A stretch of 57,034 bases of DNA from Chloroflexi bacterium HGW-Chloroflexi-9 (GCA_002840675.1 PHBR01000002.1:1-57034); one strand, 5' to 3'; shown: positions 19,524-28,510, counted from the stretch's first letter. Numbers and translations are program-made. The notes: a model not told the origin generated them from the sequence alone.

Positions 19524-19807
19524 TTTGGGAGCACGTTCTCGCGCGCGAAGAACGCTGCTGCCTGCCGGAGGATGTGGTTCTCCATCTCCAACACCCGGTT
19601 CGCGCACCTCAGCCGAACCAGTTCCTGGTGCTCCTCGGTCGTCAGGCCCGGCCGATGGCCCCGGTCGATGTCTGCCTGTTTGACCCACCGCCGCAGACAG
19701 GACTGGGCGATCCCGAGATCCGCTGCGATCCGGGCGACTGGCTGGGCACCCTGCCGGGCCAGCTCCACGGCCCGCTGCCGAAACTCTGCTGGATATGCCT
19801 GTGGCAT
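19520..19807 (-). CDS. IS3-family transposase orfA (HTH)
   Basis: 95 aa: MPQAYPAEFRQRAVELARQG..IAADLGIAQSCLRRWVKQ...LEMENHILRQAAAFFAREN. Confidence 0.8.
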   Translation of the reverse strand: MPQAYPAEFRQRAVELARQGAQPVARIAADLGIAQSCLRRWVKQADIDRGHRPGLTTEEHQELVRLRCANRVLEMENHILRQAAAFFARENVLPK

Positions 19808-20008
19808 CTCGGACTCCTCCCTGGGCGAACAAGCGCCTCAGTCTAGGTGTCCGGGAGACCGGGGCAGGACCCCCTTCTTCGCCATCTCGTCCGAACCTGA
19901 ACTCTCGGTCAGGACACATCTGTGCCCTGACCCGTGAGGCTGAGGACAGACGCTGCTGGGGTGAGAGGCCCGGCGTCGCACTGGGCTGTGGCTGGTGCAT
20001 GGCCGTCG

Positions 20009-20030
20009 CCGAAGCGACGTACCGCTTCGG
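20009..20030 (-). terminator. Hairpin downstream of the ferredoxin gene
   Basis: ccgaagcg-acgtac-cgcttcgg (8-bp stem), 29 nt past the stop at 20059. No U-tract. Confidence 0.3.
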
Positions 20031-20058
20031 AAGTCCTGGACTCCTCGCGTCCAGCGGG

Positions 20059-20331
20059 TCAGGCGAGCAAGGCGCGGGCGGCTTGCTGGTCGCGGAAATA
20101 CAGGGCGTTGATCTCCGCGAACCGTGTCTCTCCCGGCGGGAGCTCTTCCATCAGATAGATGGCGGAGTCGGGACACGCGGGCACACACGCGCCGCAGTCA
20201 ATGCAGCCATCCGGGTCGATGAAGCACATTCGGTCGACGCCTTCTTCGACGTGGACGCATTGCACGGGACAGATGTCGAGGCACATCAGGTTCAGGTGGT
20301 CGAGGCAACGCGAGGAGATCACGTAGGGCAT
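20059..20331 (-). CDS. Ferredoxin with two Fe-S cluster motifs (7Fe/8Fe type)
   Basis: 90 aa. Contains CLDICPVQC and CIDCGACVPACP motifs. Confidence 0.85.
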   Translation of the reverse strand: MPYVISSRCLDHLNLMCLDICPVQCVHVEEGVDRMCFIDPDGCIDCGACVPACPDSAIYLMEELPPGETRFAEINALYFRDQQAARALLA

Positions 20332-20354
20332 GTGAGGTTCTTAACGGTGAGTGC

Positions 20355-21167
20355 TCACCGCAGCGGTTGGCCGTCCCCGGCCCCATTGCGATGTACGTGC
20401 TGCTGTTCCCGGTAGTAATCAGAGAACACGCCGCCGTACCGGGTGGTCTTCGCGGCGCTGACGCTGTGCACCAGTGAGTCCTGATGCGCGGCGGCAAACC
20501 GCTGCCGCTCGACCTCGGTGGCTTCGGCAATTAAGCAGTCTTCGCGAGGGACGAAGAGTACTTGCCCAATGGGGCCGCTCCCGATGACGCTGGTGATGTC
20601 TCCCTTCTCCAGGATGACGCGGAACTCGGTCTCGCAGGGGAACCAGTCTGTCTCGACGCGCGTGGTCAGGGTGCTGACGGCTGGCCGCTGCGGATCATTG
20701 AAGACGGCGGTGTAGACGGTGTCCCAGCCAGCGGGGGTGATGAAGTTGTGCGCACCGCGGAGGCCAACGGATCCGGGTGGCGAGTTGATACCCGAAGTGA
20801 CCGCTGCGACGAGGGTGACCGCTGTGGCTGCATCGAAACCGGCGTGCTCGTCCAGGATGGTGACCTGTGTGTCGTCGAGCCCGCCGGGGCCGGCGGAGCG
20901 GCGCACCTGGACCACGAAGGCGGGACTGCGGAGGCCGCGATCGCCGTTGATGAACCAGGTGATCGCGAGGACGCCGTTCCCGCGGGCCTGCAACTGGACG
21001 GACTCGTGATCGTGGAGGGGCGGGTAGACGAGGAAGCCAAGGCGGTTGGCATCCTCGATCGCCGGGAGCATGCGGGCGTGTTGGGGAAGGAAGGCACGAC
21101 GATTCTCGGGTGCGGGCGGGCGTCCAACACCGGGGCGCAGCCGGTTCGGGACGACACGGACTTCCAT
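20355..21167 (-). CDS. Protein of unknown function, single copy of an unassigned ~250-aa domain
   Basis: 270-aa ORF paralogous to both halves of 21176..22870. Shared blocks: ENRRAFLPQ, GFLVYPPL, NFITPAGWD, VETDWFP, PIGQVLFVPRE. Confidence 0.7.
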   Translation of the reverse strand: MEVRVVPNRLRPGVGRPPAPENRRAFLPQHARMLPAIEDANRLGFLVYPPLHDHESVQLQARGNGVLAITWFINGDRGLRSPAFVVQVRRSAGPGGLDDTQVTILDEHAGFDAATAVTLVAAVTSGINSPPGSVGLRGAHNFITPAGWDTVYTAVFNDPQRPAVSTLTTRVETDWFPCETEFRVILEKGDITSVIGSGPIGQVLFVPREDCLIAEATEVERQRFAAAHQDSLVHSVSAAKTTRYGGVFSDYYREQQHVHRNGAGDGQPLR

Positions 21168-21175
21168 ACCTCGCC

Positions 21176-22870
21176 TTAGTCCAGCGGCCCGCGGCGGTTG
21201 CGCTGCCGGGGGCGGTTGCCCTTCACGGCATCTGGCTCCTCGCGCTTCGGGGGGGTGCGGGCCTCGTCCTGCATGGAAGGCAGGGCATCGGCGCTCCCGT
21301 CGCGCCGTGCCTTCTGGTGGTCACGGTAGTGATAGGTGAAGGTCGCGCCGTAGCCGGTGGTCTTCGCTTTCGTGGCCCGCTCGGCCCAGTACTGCTCCTG
21401 CGTTTCGACGAATTGCTGCTCTTCAACGGGTGACGCATCGCGGGAGAGGATCTCTTCTCGCGGGAGGAAGAACGCCTGCCCAATCGGTGCATCGCCAACG
21501 ATACTGAACGTGAGGCCGGGCTTCAGCACATACCAGCAGGCCAGGACCTGGGACTCACCGTCCGTCTGGACACGCGTGGTGAGAGGCGTCACGAGCGGCC
21601 GCACGATGTCGTTGAACAACGAGGTGACGACGGTGTCGACGCCGTCCGGTGTCACGAACAGGTATGCGGAGCGGATGCCGATCACACCCGGTGGAGCGTT
21701 CGCCCCGGCAAACAGTGCGGTGAGCAGGGTGCGCGCGGACGCCTCGTCGTACGCGCCGCTGTGCTCCGTCAGCGTGATGGCGGCGCCGTCGATGTCGCCG
21801 GGCTCTCCAGCGCCGATCCGTGCCGTGAACGCGGGGAGACGTTGCCCCAGCTCATCCGCGACATAGAACGTGATGAGCATCTCACCACGGTCCCGCATCA
21901 CCACCTGAGCGGATTCCGTGGGCGCGAGGGGCGGGTAGAGCAGGGCACCGAAGCGGTGGACGTCCTCCACCACCGGGCAGAAGCGGGTCTGCTGGGGCAG
22001 CCAGGCCCGGCGATTCTCGTGGGTTGGGTGACGGCCGAGGCCACCCCGCAAACCAGCCGACACCACACCGACCTCCAGTGCCGGCGCGGCGACCGATTCG
22101 GCGGCGTGCGGCGTCCTCGGAGCGGGGAGGGTGTTGGTGCCGGGCGCCAGATCAAAGAGGCGGAGCGTGACTCGGGGCACGAACAGCACCTGGCCGAGCG
22201 GCGTGTCGTGGGTGAAGGAGATGGACTCGCCCCGCTCCAGGGGGAAGCGGAACTCTGTGTTCTGCGGGTACCAGTCGGTTTCGACCAGACAGTTGAAGGA
22301 AGGAATCCCGTCGGGACGAGCCCCGTTGGGGGGGATCATGCAGAGGGAGTCCCACCCATCCGGCGTGATGAAGTTGTACGAACTAAGGAAGCCGAACTGC
22401 CCGGCACTACCGGGCATGATGTTGGTGGTGATCGCGTCAACGATCAGCTCAGCTTCCTTGGCTGAGATGCTCGCGTGGCGGTCGAGGTAGACCACTTCCT
22501 GATTGCCGAGCCCGCCCCAGCCCGCCGATCCGCCGATGCGCACAGTGAACACGCGCATCGGGCGGGAGTCGGGACCGGCAACGAACATCGTGAACAGGAA
22601 ATCGCCGGTCTCCAGCAGCCGGGCTTCGATCGACTCGCCCGGATGCAGCGGTGGATACACCAGCACACCGCTTTCGGTTGCGGCCCGGAGCGCAGGGTGC
22701 AAGAAGGGAGGTGCCTGGATCGTGTCCGGGAGCCGGGCGCGCTCTGGGCGTCGCCCCACGTCGCGCCTTCGGTAGTTGGGGACGAGTTTGACGTGCATGC
22801 GAACCTTCGGGAATCGCACGAGGTCAAACGCAGGGCGATCCGGGCTGACCGTAGTGTCGTGGTCCGCCAT
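21176..22870 (-). CDS. Protein of unknown function, tandem duplication of the same unassigned domain
   Basis: 564-aa ORF. The N-half carries GVLVYPPL, NFITPDGWD, VETDWYP, PLGQVLFVPR. The C-half starts near 22081 and carries ENRRAWLPQ, GALLYPPL, LFVTPDGVD, PIGQAFFLPRE. An alternative start at 22798 (MHVKLVPNYRRR) aligns with the start of the 270-aa paralog. Confidence 0.7.
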   Translation of the reverse strand: MADHDTTVSPDRPAFDLVRFPKVRMHVKLVPNYRRRDVGRRPERARLPDTIQAPPFLHPALRAATESGVLVYPPLHPGESIEARLLETGDFLFTMFVAGPDSRPMRVFTVRIGGSAGWGGLGNQEVVYLDRHASISAKEAELIVDAITTNIMPGSAGQFGFLSSYNFITPDGWDSLCMIPPNGARPDGIPSFNCLVETDWYPQNTEFRFPLERGESISFTHDTPLGQVLFVPRVTLRLFDLAPGTNTLPAPRTPHAAESVAAPALEVGVVSAGLRGGLGRHPTHENRRAWLPQQTRFCPVVEDVHRFGALLYPPLAPTESAQVVMRDRGEMLITFYVADELGQRLPAFTARIGAGEPGDIDGAAITLTEHSGAYDEASARTLLTALFAGANAPPGVIGIRSAYLFVTPDGVDTVVTSLFNDIVRPLVTPLTTRVQTDGESQVLACWYVLKPGLTFSIVGDAPIGQAFFLPREEILSRDASPVEEQQFVETQEQYWAERATKAKTTGYGATFTYHYRDHQKARRDGSADALPSMQDEARTPPKREEPDAVKGNRPRQRNRRGPLD

Positions 22871-22970
22871 TGGCCAGGGGCCAAGGTCACTCCGGTGACA
22901 GGGCTAACGTCACTCATCCGGCTGCGTCGGCATCCGCCGACTGGCGACCGGACACCCGCCGTGCGCGCAG

Positions 22971-23144
22971 TCATCGCGAAGGCGAGCTGGCGTCCACGGC
23001 GACCAATTCCAGCGGGCGGGTGATCTCCAGGCGGAACCGGCCGCGGCCCATCTTCTCGATGCGCAGGTAGTCGCACCGTTCCTCGGGCCGCTTGCGAATG
23101 GCTCCGGCCGCCGAGAGTAATTCGGCGCACCGGTCTCCCAACAC
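22971..23144 (-). CDS. Possible 57-aa mini-ORF between the membrane protein and the duplicated-domain gene
   Basis: Hand translation: GTG at 23144 directly after the upstream stop, VLGDRCAELLSAAGAIRKRPEERCDYLRIEKMGRGRFRLEITRPLELVAVDASSPSR. Below the ORF-track length cutoff. Confidence 0.2.
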   Translation of the reverse strand: MLGDRCAELLSAAGAIRKRPEERCDYLRIEKMGRGRFRLEITRPLELVAVDASSPSR

Positions 23145-23600
23145 TCATGCGTTGAGAGCTTCGGAGGTCGATGCACCGAAGCACCGGTGGCGGACCCAGA
23201 CGACGCCGGCGAGCAGCGTGCCCGCAAGGATGGACACGCCACCCACGATCACAAGGATGGGCGGCAGACCGAACAGAACCTCCGCCAAGATGCCAAGAGG
23301 CATGAGCAGTCCGGCAAGCGTCAATCCGCCAATGGCAGAGCGCTGACCGACCGTCCCGGGCATGTGGGGGAGCAGGAGTCCGATGACGATGTTTACCAGC
23401 GAGAACAGCGCCCCGTGCACATGAGCGAGCCGTGTTTCGAAGTGCGTCCCTTCCGCGTAACTTGCTGCCCACTCCTCCGCATCCGGAGCGAAGTCACGCA
23501 GATAGATGAGGACGAATCCCATCACCATGAACCCGGCGAGGAAGATGAGACCGGCACCGATGTTGTGTGCACCGGTGGACAGTGAGGCACGATTACGCAT
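23145..23600 (-). CDS. Four-TM membrane protein with conserved-looking His motif
   Basis: Start at MRNRASL (23600), with GGAGA 7 nt upstream. Four hydrophobic segments; RLAHVHGALF motif. Confidence 0.6.
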   Translation of the reverse strand: MRNRASLSTGAHNIGAGLIFLAGFMVMGFVLIYLRDFAPDAEEWAASYAEGTHFETRLAHVHGALFSLVNIVIGLLLPHMPGTVGQRSAIGGLTLAGLLMPLGILAEVLFGLPPILVIVGGVSILAGTLLAGVVWVRHRCFGASTSEALNA

Positions 23601-23655
23601 CCGGCGGTCTCCGTTCTGCAGCCTCAACTTCTCCCTTTTACGTGCGGCCTCATTT

Positions 23656-23685
23656 CCCCGTCAGGGTCGAACGTCCCTGACGGGG
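23656..23685 (-). terminator. Perfect 11-bp-stem hairpin upstream of the membrane-protein gene
   Basis: ccccgtcaggg-tcgaacgt-ccctgacgggg. It sits between IS debris and the operon start. Confidence 0.3.
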
Positions 23686-23832
23686 AGAGCCCTTGGTCCT
23701 CAACCCGGCGCAGCATCGATGTCGGTATCGTGCGTGTCAGTGCGGGCTCGCCTTCGTCGATGAGGTCACCTTCGCGTGAGTCAGTCGCGTCGAAGCTTGA
23801 GGCGACGATGTTGTCCGGGAAGAAGCAATGGA

Positions 23833-23958
23833 TATCCCAATTTGCCCAAGGTAGCTTTGCTGCCACACCGTGGAGCTGCGCCGTCTGGCGATAAGCCAGT
23901 CGGCCCGATCGTCGCGGAATTCGGCATTGCGCAGTCGGCGTTGCTCCGCTGGCCGCAC
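23833..23958 (+). pseudogene. Fragment of an IS3-family orfA (HTH part only)
   Basis: YPNLPK...DKPVGPIVAEFGIAQSALLRW aligns with YPAEFRQ...AQPVARIAADLGIAQSCLRRW of the intact orfA copies, then stops. Confidence 0.35.
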
Positions 23959-24114
23959 TAGCAGGGTGCTGAAGAAGCGGAGTGTGAGGCGAGGGGGCGC
24001 GAGCATCTGACGTGCTGTCGACGTCGGGCGCTGTGTTCCCCACCGGTCTGGGCCTCCCCCCACGCCCGGTGACCGTCCCCGCCGCTGTCGATGGCGCACT
24101 GACCCGATGCGGGC

Positions 24115-24667
24115 ATCGTCTCCAGCTTCGTCATCCGCACCAGGTGGTGGGCGGCGGCGGTGAGCTTGAGGCAGAGTTCGTTCCGCGCCCGACCGAGGTA
24201 GCACAGCTTGCGCGGCCCCCGACGGTCTTTCCCCAGCCGAAGACCTCCTCCACCCGCTTGCGCCGCCGCTGGCTCACCACGTAGCCCGAGTGCCGCGTCG
24301 TGCGCCCATCGATCGCGCTGCGGCGGTTGCGGTTGTTCTGGGCAACGTGCGGGGTCACTCCGCACTCCCGCAGTCCCGTCACGAAGTCGCGCGTGTCGTA
24401 GCAGCGGTCCGTGCCCAGCGTGCTCCGCCCGCCCCCGCCCCGACCGCCGGCGCCGGCGGTCGAGCATCGCCAGCGCTGCCGTCCGCTCTGCGGTCCCGTG
24501 GCCAGCATCAGTTCCGCGTCCACCGCCAGGCCGTGGCGGTTGTCGGTGAGCACGTGCCCCAGGTAGCAGAGCTGCGTCGCCTGCCCACCCTTCTTGAAGA
24601 GCCGCGCGTCGGGGTCGGTCGCGTACGTCAATCTCGGACTTCGCTGCTCTCCTTTCGGGGGCGCCAT
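24115..24667 (-). pseudogene. IS5/IS1182-type DDE transposase remnant (C-terminal part, multiple frameshifts)
   Basis: Pieces lie in two frames: TDPDARLFKKGGQATQLCYLGHVLTDNRHGLAVDAEL, then TAERTAALAMLDRRRRR, then TLGTDRCYDTRDFVTGLRECGVTPHVAQN..RRSAIDGRTTRHSGYVVSQRRRKRVEEVFGWGKTVGG, then RKLCYLGRARNELCLKLTAAAHHLVRM. The N-terminus is missing. Confidence 0.6.
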
Positions 24668-24699
24668 CCCGGTGCACCCCCGCGCGAGTCATGTTGCAC

Positions 24700-26058
24700 T
24701 CAAATTGCCGACCCGTGGAGCCTCCGGAGCGAGCGCACGTACCGCCTCGCGGCGACGGCGTTCAACGCGGCAACGGCGGCGGCGACGAGGAGTGCGACCG
24801 CGGTGAGGATGCCTGCGGCGCCCATCAATCCCCGCGTCACCTCGCCGATGCTGTCATCGACCAGCGGCGGGAACACCCGGAACGGCCAGGCGATGATCAG
24901 GAGGACGAACGCGCCGGTCAGCCAGTTCTCACCGACGACCCGCCCGATGAGGAAGCGCTGCAGGACCACGTGCGACATCGCGATCAGCAGCGGCGCCACA
25001 AACCCCAGCGCCAGCATGTGCCGCGTGGCTCCGGTCTCGTGCAGCGTGACGGGAACGCCGCCCGTGAGGACCAGGACCGCCTGCACGGAGAGCGTGACCG
25101 CATAGACGACCAGGGCAAACCACGCCACCGGCACCAGGACCTGGGCGCGGTGTGGGCGGCGTCGCCACGACCTGACCGCTCGTGCAATGTCGAGCGCCCA
25201 CGTCGCCCAGAACAGGCCCGCGGCGAAGAGTAGGTCACCGGCGGCAGCCAGGGCCGGGAAGCCGGGCAGGCCGAACCCGGTGCTTCCGACCGCCGAGACG
25301 ACGAGGCCGACGTTGACGAGGCCCCAGAGCACACGCTGCCGTTCGACCGGCACCGGGGGCAGGCCCAGGTGCCCCACGAAGGCACGGAGCGCTACCGCGA
25401 TGGTGACGTTGATGACGAAGCCACGCAGGAAGAACTCTGCCATCAGATGTGATTCATCGAACGACGTCGCCCCCGACGAGAGGTTCCGCGAGGCGACGAG
25501 TTCGGCCAGCGCTGCCGCGACGAGCCACACGGCCCCGGTCCGGAAGAAGAGTGGATGGAGGTCGACCCGCAGCGGCCGGGCCGGCCGGATCCTCAGGACA
25601 ATGGCTACGAGCAGCAGCGCTCCGGCAACCATCGAGGCCGCACCGGCCACCACCATGACCTGCCCGGCCACATCGATGAACCGTCCTGTTGCCGACGCGA
25701 TCGCGCCCCCGCCGAGAAGGGACAGCACGAGCACACGAGAGGTGAGGGGCACGGGCGGGCGGCCGTTCAGCCGCACGATGAACTCGAAGAGGAGCACCAC
25801 GATGAAGACGGCGAACCATCCCCATAGTTGTAGTTCGCCATGCGCCTGGACGGTGGCGGACCATTGGTCTCGCGGGACGCCGGCCTCAAGTGCTGCGATC
25901 ACGCCAAGCGTGAGCCCAGCGGTTGCGGCGAGCACGAGCGAGGCGGCCATCGCCGCGGCGGGGAACCAGAGCCGCGGCGGCATGAGCCGCTCCTCCCCCG
26001 CCGGGGTCCGCACGGCCACCACCGGAAGCGGGGTCGGACCACCGCCGCTCATCATCAT
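24700..26058 (-). CDS. NnrS-like polytopic membrane protein (copy 1)
   Basis: 452 aa with about 12 hydrophobic segments. VQAHGELQLWGWF and ATRHMLALGF blocks. Paralogous to 29861..31273. NnrS assignment is from memory of the His-containing TM motifs. Confidence 0.55.
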   Translation of the reverse strand: MMMSGGGPTPLPVVAVRTPAGEERLMPPRLWFPAAAMAASLVLAATAGLTLGVIAALEAGVPRDQWSATVQAHGELQLWGWFAVFIVVLLFEFIVRLNGRPPVPLTSRVLVLSLLGGGAIASATGRFIDVAGQVMVVAGAASMVAGALLLVAIVLRIRPARPLRVDLHPLFFRTGAVWLVAAALAELVASRNLSSGATSFDESHLMAEFFLRGFVINVTIAVALRAFVGHLGLPPVPVERQRVLWGLVNVGLVVSAVGSTGFGLPGFPALAAAGDLLFAAGLFWATWALDIARAVRSWRRRPHRAQVLVPVAWFALVVYAVTLSVQAVLVLTGGVPVTLHETGATRHMLALGFVAPLLIAMSHVVLQRFLIGRVVGENWLTGAFVLLIIAWPFRVFPPLVDDSIGEVTRGLMGAAGILTAVALLVAAAVAALNAVAARRYVRSLRRLHGSAI

Positions 26059-26099
26059 CGCTCAACTCCAGCCAGGAGCGCCCGGCGACGCCCGTCGGG

Positions 26100-26480
26100 C
26101 TACTTCGCCGTCGGGTCCGCCAGCGTCAGCAATAGCGTCGAGTCCTCAACGGCCTCGACTGAGTGGCGCACGCCGGAGTCGATAGCAATAAGCCGACCGG
26201 ACTTCACGTCGAGTTCGTCACCGCGCACCCAGGCCCGGACGTGACCATCGAGGACCTGGACGGTCACCGCCCCCGGCGCGGCATGCTCCGCGAGCCGGGC
26301 GCCAGCGTGCAGATGTGTGAGTACGACACTGAGGCCGCCCTGACGGACGAGCGTCACCCCACGCCGGTCCTGACCCGGAGCCGCCGAGCCGTGCAGAGCC
26401 GTTACCGCCTCCGCGAGGTCGATTGCGAGGTGCTCGGCCGAGAGATCGTGGGTCCGCAGGTAGGTGTGTCCTTCGGGCAT
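26100..26480 (-). CDS. Cupin-domain protein (copy 1)
   Basis: Start at MPEGHTY (26480), GGGAG 7 nt upstream. Beta-barrel-type sequence (LHAGARLAEHAAPGAVTVQVLDGHV). Paralog of 48470..48886. 41 nt upstream of NnrS-like copy 1. Confidence 0.6.
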   Translation of the reverse strand: MPEGHTYLRTHDLSAEHLAIDLAEAVTALHGSAAPGQDRRGVTLVRQGGLSVVLTHLHAGARLAEHAAPGAVTVQVLDGHVRAWVRGDELDVKSGRLIAIDSGVRHSVEAVEDSTLLLTLADPTAK

Positions 26481-26557
26481 CTGTGGGCTCCCATCCACGC
26501 ACTCGGATGCACCCGAGCGAACTGTTCTCATTATCGTGCCCGCGTGCCCGCTGCCGA

Positions 26558-26573
26558 TGTAACGAAAGTCACT
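26558..26573. promoter_or_regulatory. CRP-type palindrome, box 1
   Basis: TGTAA-CGAAAG-TCACT in the divergent intergenic region, centred ~85 nt upstream of the cupin ATG. Confidence 0.4.
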
Positions 26574-26813
26574 GCTCGCGGCGGACGCATGCAGTCACCT
26601 GTGAGAGGCGAGACGCTGCGGGTAAGGCTGCTCGGGGCGACCGAGAGGACCCGGACACCACGGTCCGATCACGGTGATGCCCACGAGCATACTGATCTCC
26701 AGCACACCCGGAACAGCGTTCCCTCCCGCCGTGACATGCTCGAACGGCGAATGATGAGGGTTCCCGTTGGCCGGGTGTGTCAGCACCTTACCGGCGACAC
26801 GCGAGGTAGCGTC

Positions 26814-27386
26814 ATGTCCCTCCCGGAACCGTTCGCACACCTCCTCCGGGAGCATGAACGCATCGCCGACGCCGTGGGGCGCGCTCGCGGGATCACGGAG
26901 GCTGCCGCCGAGTACGGGCGGCCGGACCTGGTGGCGGCCATGGTCGACGAACTGCAGCAGCTGCAGAGATTCATGTCGCAGGACCTGGCCTCACACATCG
27001 CCCAGGAGGAAGAGGCCCTCTTCCCAGCCTTCCTGGAACTCACGCAGGACCGCCGCCTCATCGATGAGTTGACGGTGCAGCACGACCGCGTCGGCGTGCA
27101 GCGTGAACTCATCAGCGGCATCCTGAGCGCCCTCGACCACCATCATGACGAGGTGGAGGTCGTTCGCGTTGGCCTCGCGGACAACCTCAGCCATGCCATC
27201 GGCGGCATCACGTCCGAGGTCCAGCGATCGCTGCTGGCTGGCGTGCGTCAGCTGGACTGGCTGCTGCAGGGTCACTTTGGCGACGAGGAGGACGACCTGT
27301 TCGAGCCCGGCGCCGAGGTCTTCTCATCGGAGCGCCTCGACAGCCTCGCCGCTCAACTGGAGGTCGTCCGCCGTCGATTCACCTGA
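26814..27386 (+). CDS. Hemerythrin/HHE cation-binding domain protein (1)
   Basis: Internal ATG at 26814 (MSLPEPFAHLLREHERI...). Spaced H/E motifs (REHERI, HIAQEEEALFP, QHDRV, HHHDE, GHFGDEEDDLF). Confidence 0.7.
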   Translation: MSLPEPFAHLLREHERIADAVGRARGITEAAAEYGRPDLVAAMVDELQQLQRFMSQDLASHIAQEEEALFPAFLELTQDRRLIDELTVQHDRVGVQRELISGILSALDHHHDEVEVVRVGLADNLSHAIGGITSEVQRSLLAGVRQLDWLLQGHFGDEEDDLFEPGAEVFSSERLDSLAAQLEVVRRRFT

Positions 27387-27415
27387 GCTCCAATGCGGGG
27401 CCCGGATGGCGTACG

Positions 27416-27637
27416 GTGATCTGCATGGTGGACAGGTTGCTCACTGAACTGGAACTGAGCGCGGACGAAGAAGCCTCGGTCCGTGATGCTCTCCTCCGCA
27501 TCGAGGCCGCACGCGGTACCGCCAGCCGCGCGGATCTTCGTCGTGCCCTCACGACCTACCAGGACGCACGCCTTGCCGGGCTCTGCCGAGAGGGCGCGCT
27601 TGAACTGCTGCTCGACGCACTCCGCCGCGCAGCCTGA
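27416..27637 (+). CDS. Small helical protein, unknown function
   Basis: 73-aa ORF (or from MVDRLL at 27425). No clear RBS. Confidence 0.3.
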   Translation: MICMVDRLLTELELSADEEASVRDALLRIEAARGTASRADLRRALTTYQDARLAGLCREGALELLLDALRRAA

Positions 27638-27653
27638 GTCTCCGATGTGCGGC

Positions 27654-27669
27654 GGTGACTTTAGTCACT
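27654..27669. promoter_or_regulatory. CRP-type palindrome, box 2
   Basis: GGTGA-CTTTAG-TCACT. The core GTGAC-TTTA-GTCAC is a perfect 14-bp palindrome. Centred ~100 nt upstream of the DUF2249 ATG. Confidence 0.45.
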
Positions 27670-27762
27670 GCCGGAGACCGTCAGACCCGGGAACCTGAGG
27701 CAACGCCGCACCCCGGACACCGTGTCGCGGCGGCACGAGGCGAGCACGCAAGGGAGCAGTCC

Positions 27763-28005
27763 ATGACCGACCCGACCACCGTCGATCTTCGCGGGATGGA
27801 ACCCCGCCTGCGTCACCCGCTGGTCTTCAAGACGTTCGACGGTCTGGCGCCCGGTGAGGCGCTCCTCCTGGTCAACGACCATGACCCGAAGCCGCTGTTC
27901 TATCAGTTTCAGGCCGAACGCCCCGGTGAGGCTGAGTGGGAACCTCAGGAGGCAGGCCCGGAGCGCTGGGTCATCCGCATCGTGAAGCAGGGAGCCGGCG
28001 GGTGA
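27763..28005 (+). CDS. DUF2249-type protein
   Basis: Internal ATG at 27763 with AGGGAG RBS. VDLRGMEPRLRHPLVFKTFDGLAPGEALLLVNDHDPKPLFYQFQAERPGEAEWE...WVIRIVK matches my memory of DUF2249. Confidence 0.65.
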   Translation: MTDPTTVDLRGMEPRLRHPLVFKTFDGLAPGEALLLVNDHDPKPLFYQFQAERPGEAEWEPQEAGPERWVIRIVKQGAGG

Positions 28006-28033
28006 CCGCCCCCTCCCCGAGTGGAGTAACACC

Positions 28034-28510
28034 ATGACCACGACACGACCGACCGACCCGCTACGGGCCGAGCACGACGGGCTGCGGCCACACGTCGACC
28101 GCCTCCGTGACCTGGGTGACCAGGCAGTGCAGGGTGGCGACATGATGGAACCGCTCCAGGCCTCCGTCGAGTTCCTCCACCACCACCTCCTCGTCCATGC
28201 CACGGCCGAAGAGGCCGTGCTGTATCCCCTCGTCGCTGACGTGCTGGGCGCGCCGCGGGCAACCGCAACCATGAGCGAGGATCACGCGCGCATCAAGGTG
28301 CTGGCAGCGGAGCTTGCCGACGTCGACGCAGACGACCGCCGATCCATCGCGCGGGTTGCGTACGGCCTGCACACATTGATCACCCTGCATCTCGAGAAGG
28401 AAGAGAAGGTCTACCTGCCACTGCTCGATGCATCCCTCTCGCATGATGCGGTGGCGGCGATGTACCAGCGGATGGAAGACGCGGCGGCCACGGCGCTCGG
28501 ACACGGATAG
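28034..28510 (+). CDS. Hemerythrin/HHE cation-binding domain protein (2)
   Basis: 158 aa. Motifs LRAEHDGLRPHV, FLHHHLLVHATAEE, EDHARI, HLEKEE. Confidence 0.7.
   Translation: MTTTRPTDPLRAEHDGLRPHVDRLRDLGDQAVQGGDMMEPLQASVEFLHHHLLVHATAEEAVLYPLVADVLGAPRATATMSEDHARIKVLAAELADVDADDRRSIARVAYGLHTLITLHLEKEEKVYLPLLDASLSHDAVAAMYQRMEDAAATALGHG

Larger units (their letters stand above)
18599..19872 (-). mobile_element. IS3-family insertion sequence, copy A (degenerate)
   Basis: orfA plus orfB with an ATGA stop/start overlap. Right end (reverse complement) is GGGTCCTGCCCCGGTCTCCCGGACACC. The left end keeps only the inner IR part (TGTTTCCCGGACAGT), so the left boundary is approximate. Confidence 0.75.

Noticed and set aside
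19515-19530. Programmed -1 ribosomal frameshift between IS3 orfA and orfB
   Set aside because: In both copies orfB has its own ATG overlapping the orfA stop (ATGA), and no A-AAA-AAG-type slippery heptamer is present. The frame breaks I report lie well inside orfB, not at the junction.
23624-24043. 139-aa minus-strand ORF upstream of the membrane-protein gene
   Set aside because: Its 3' end is the translation of a perfect hairpin (23656-23685), its middle overlaps an IS3-orfA fragment on the other strand, and it has no RBS or recognisable motif.
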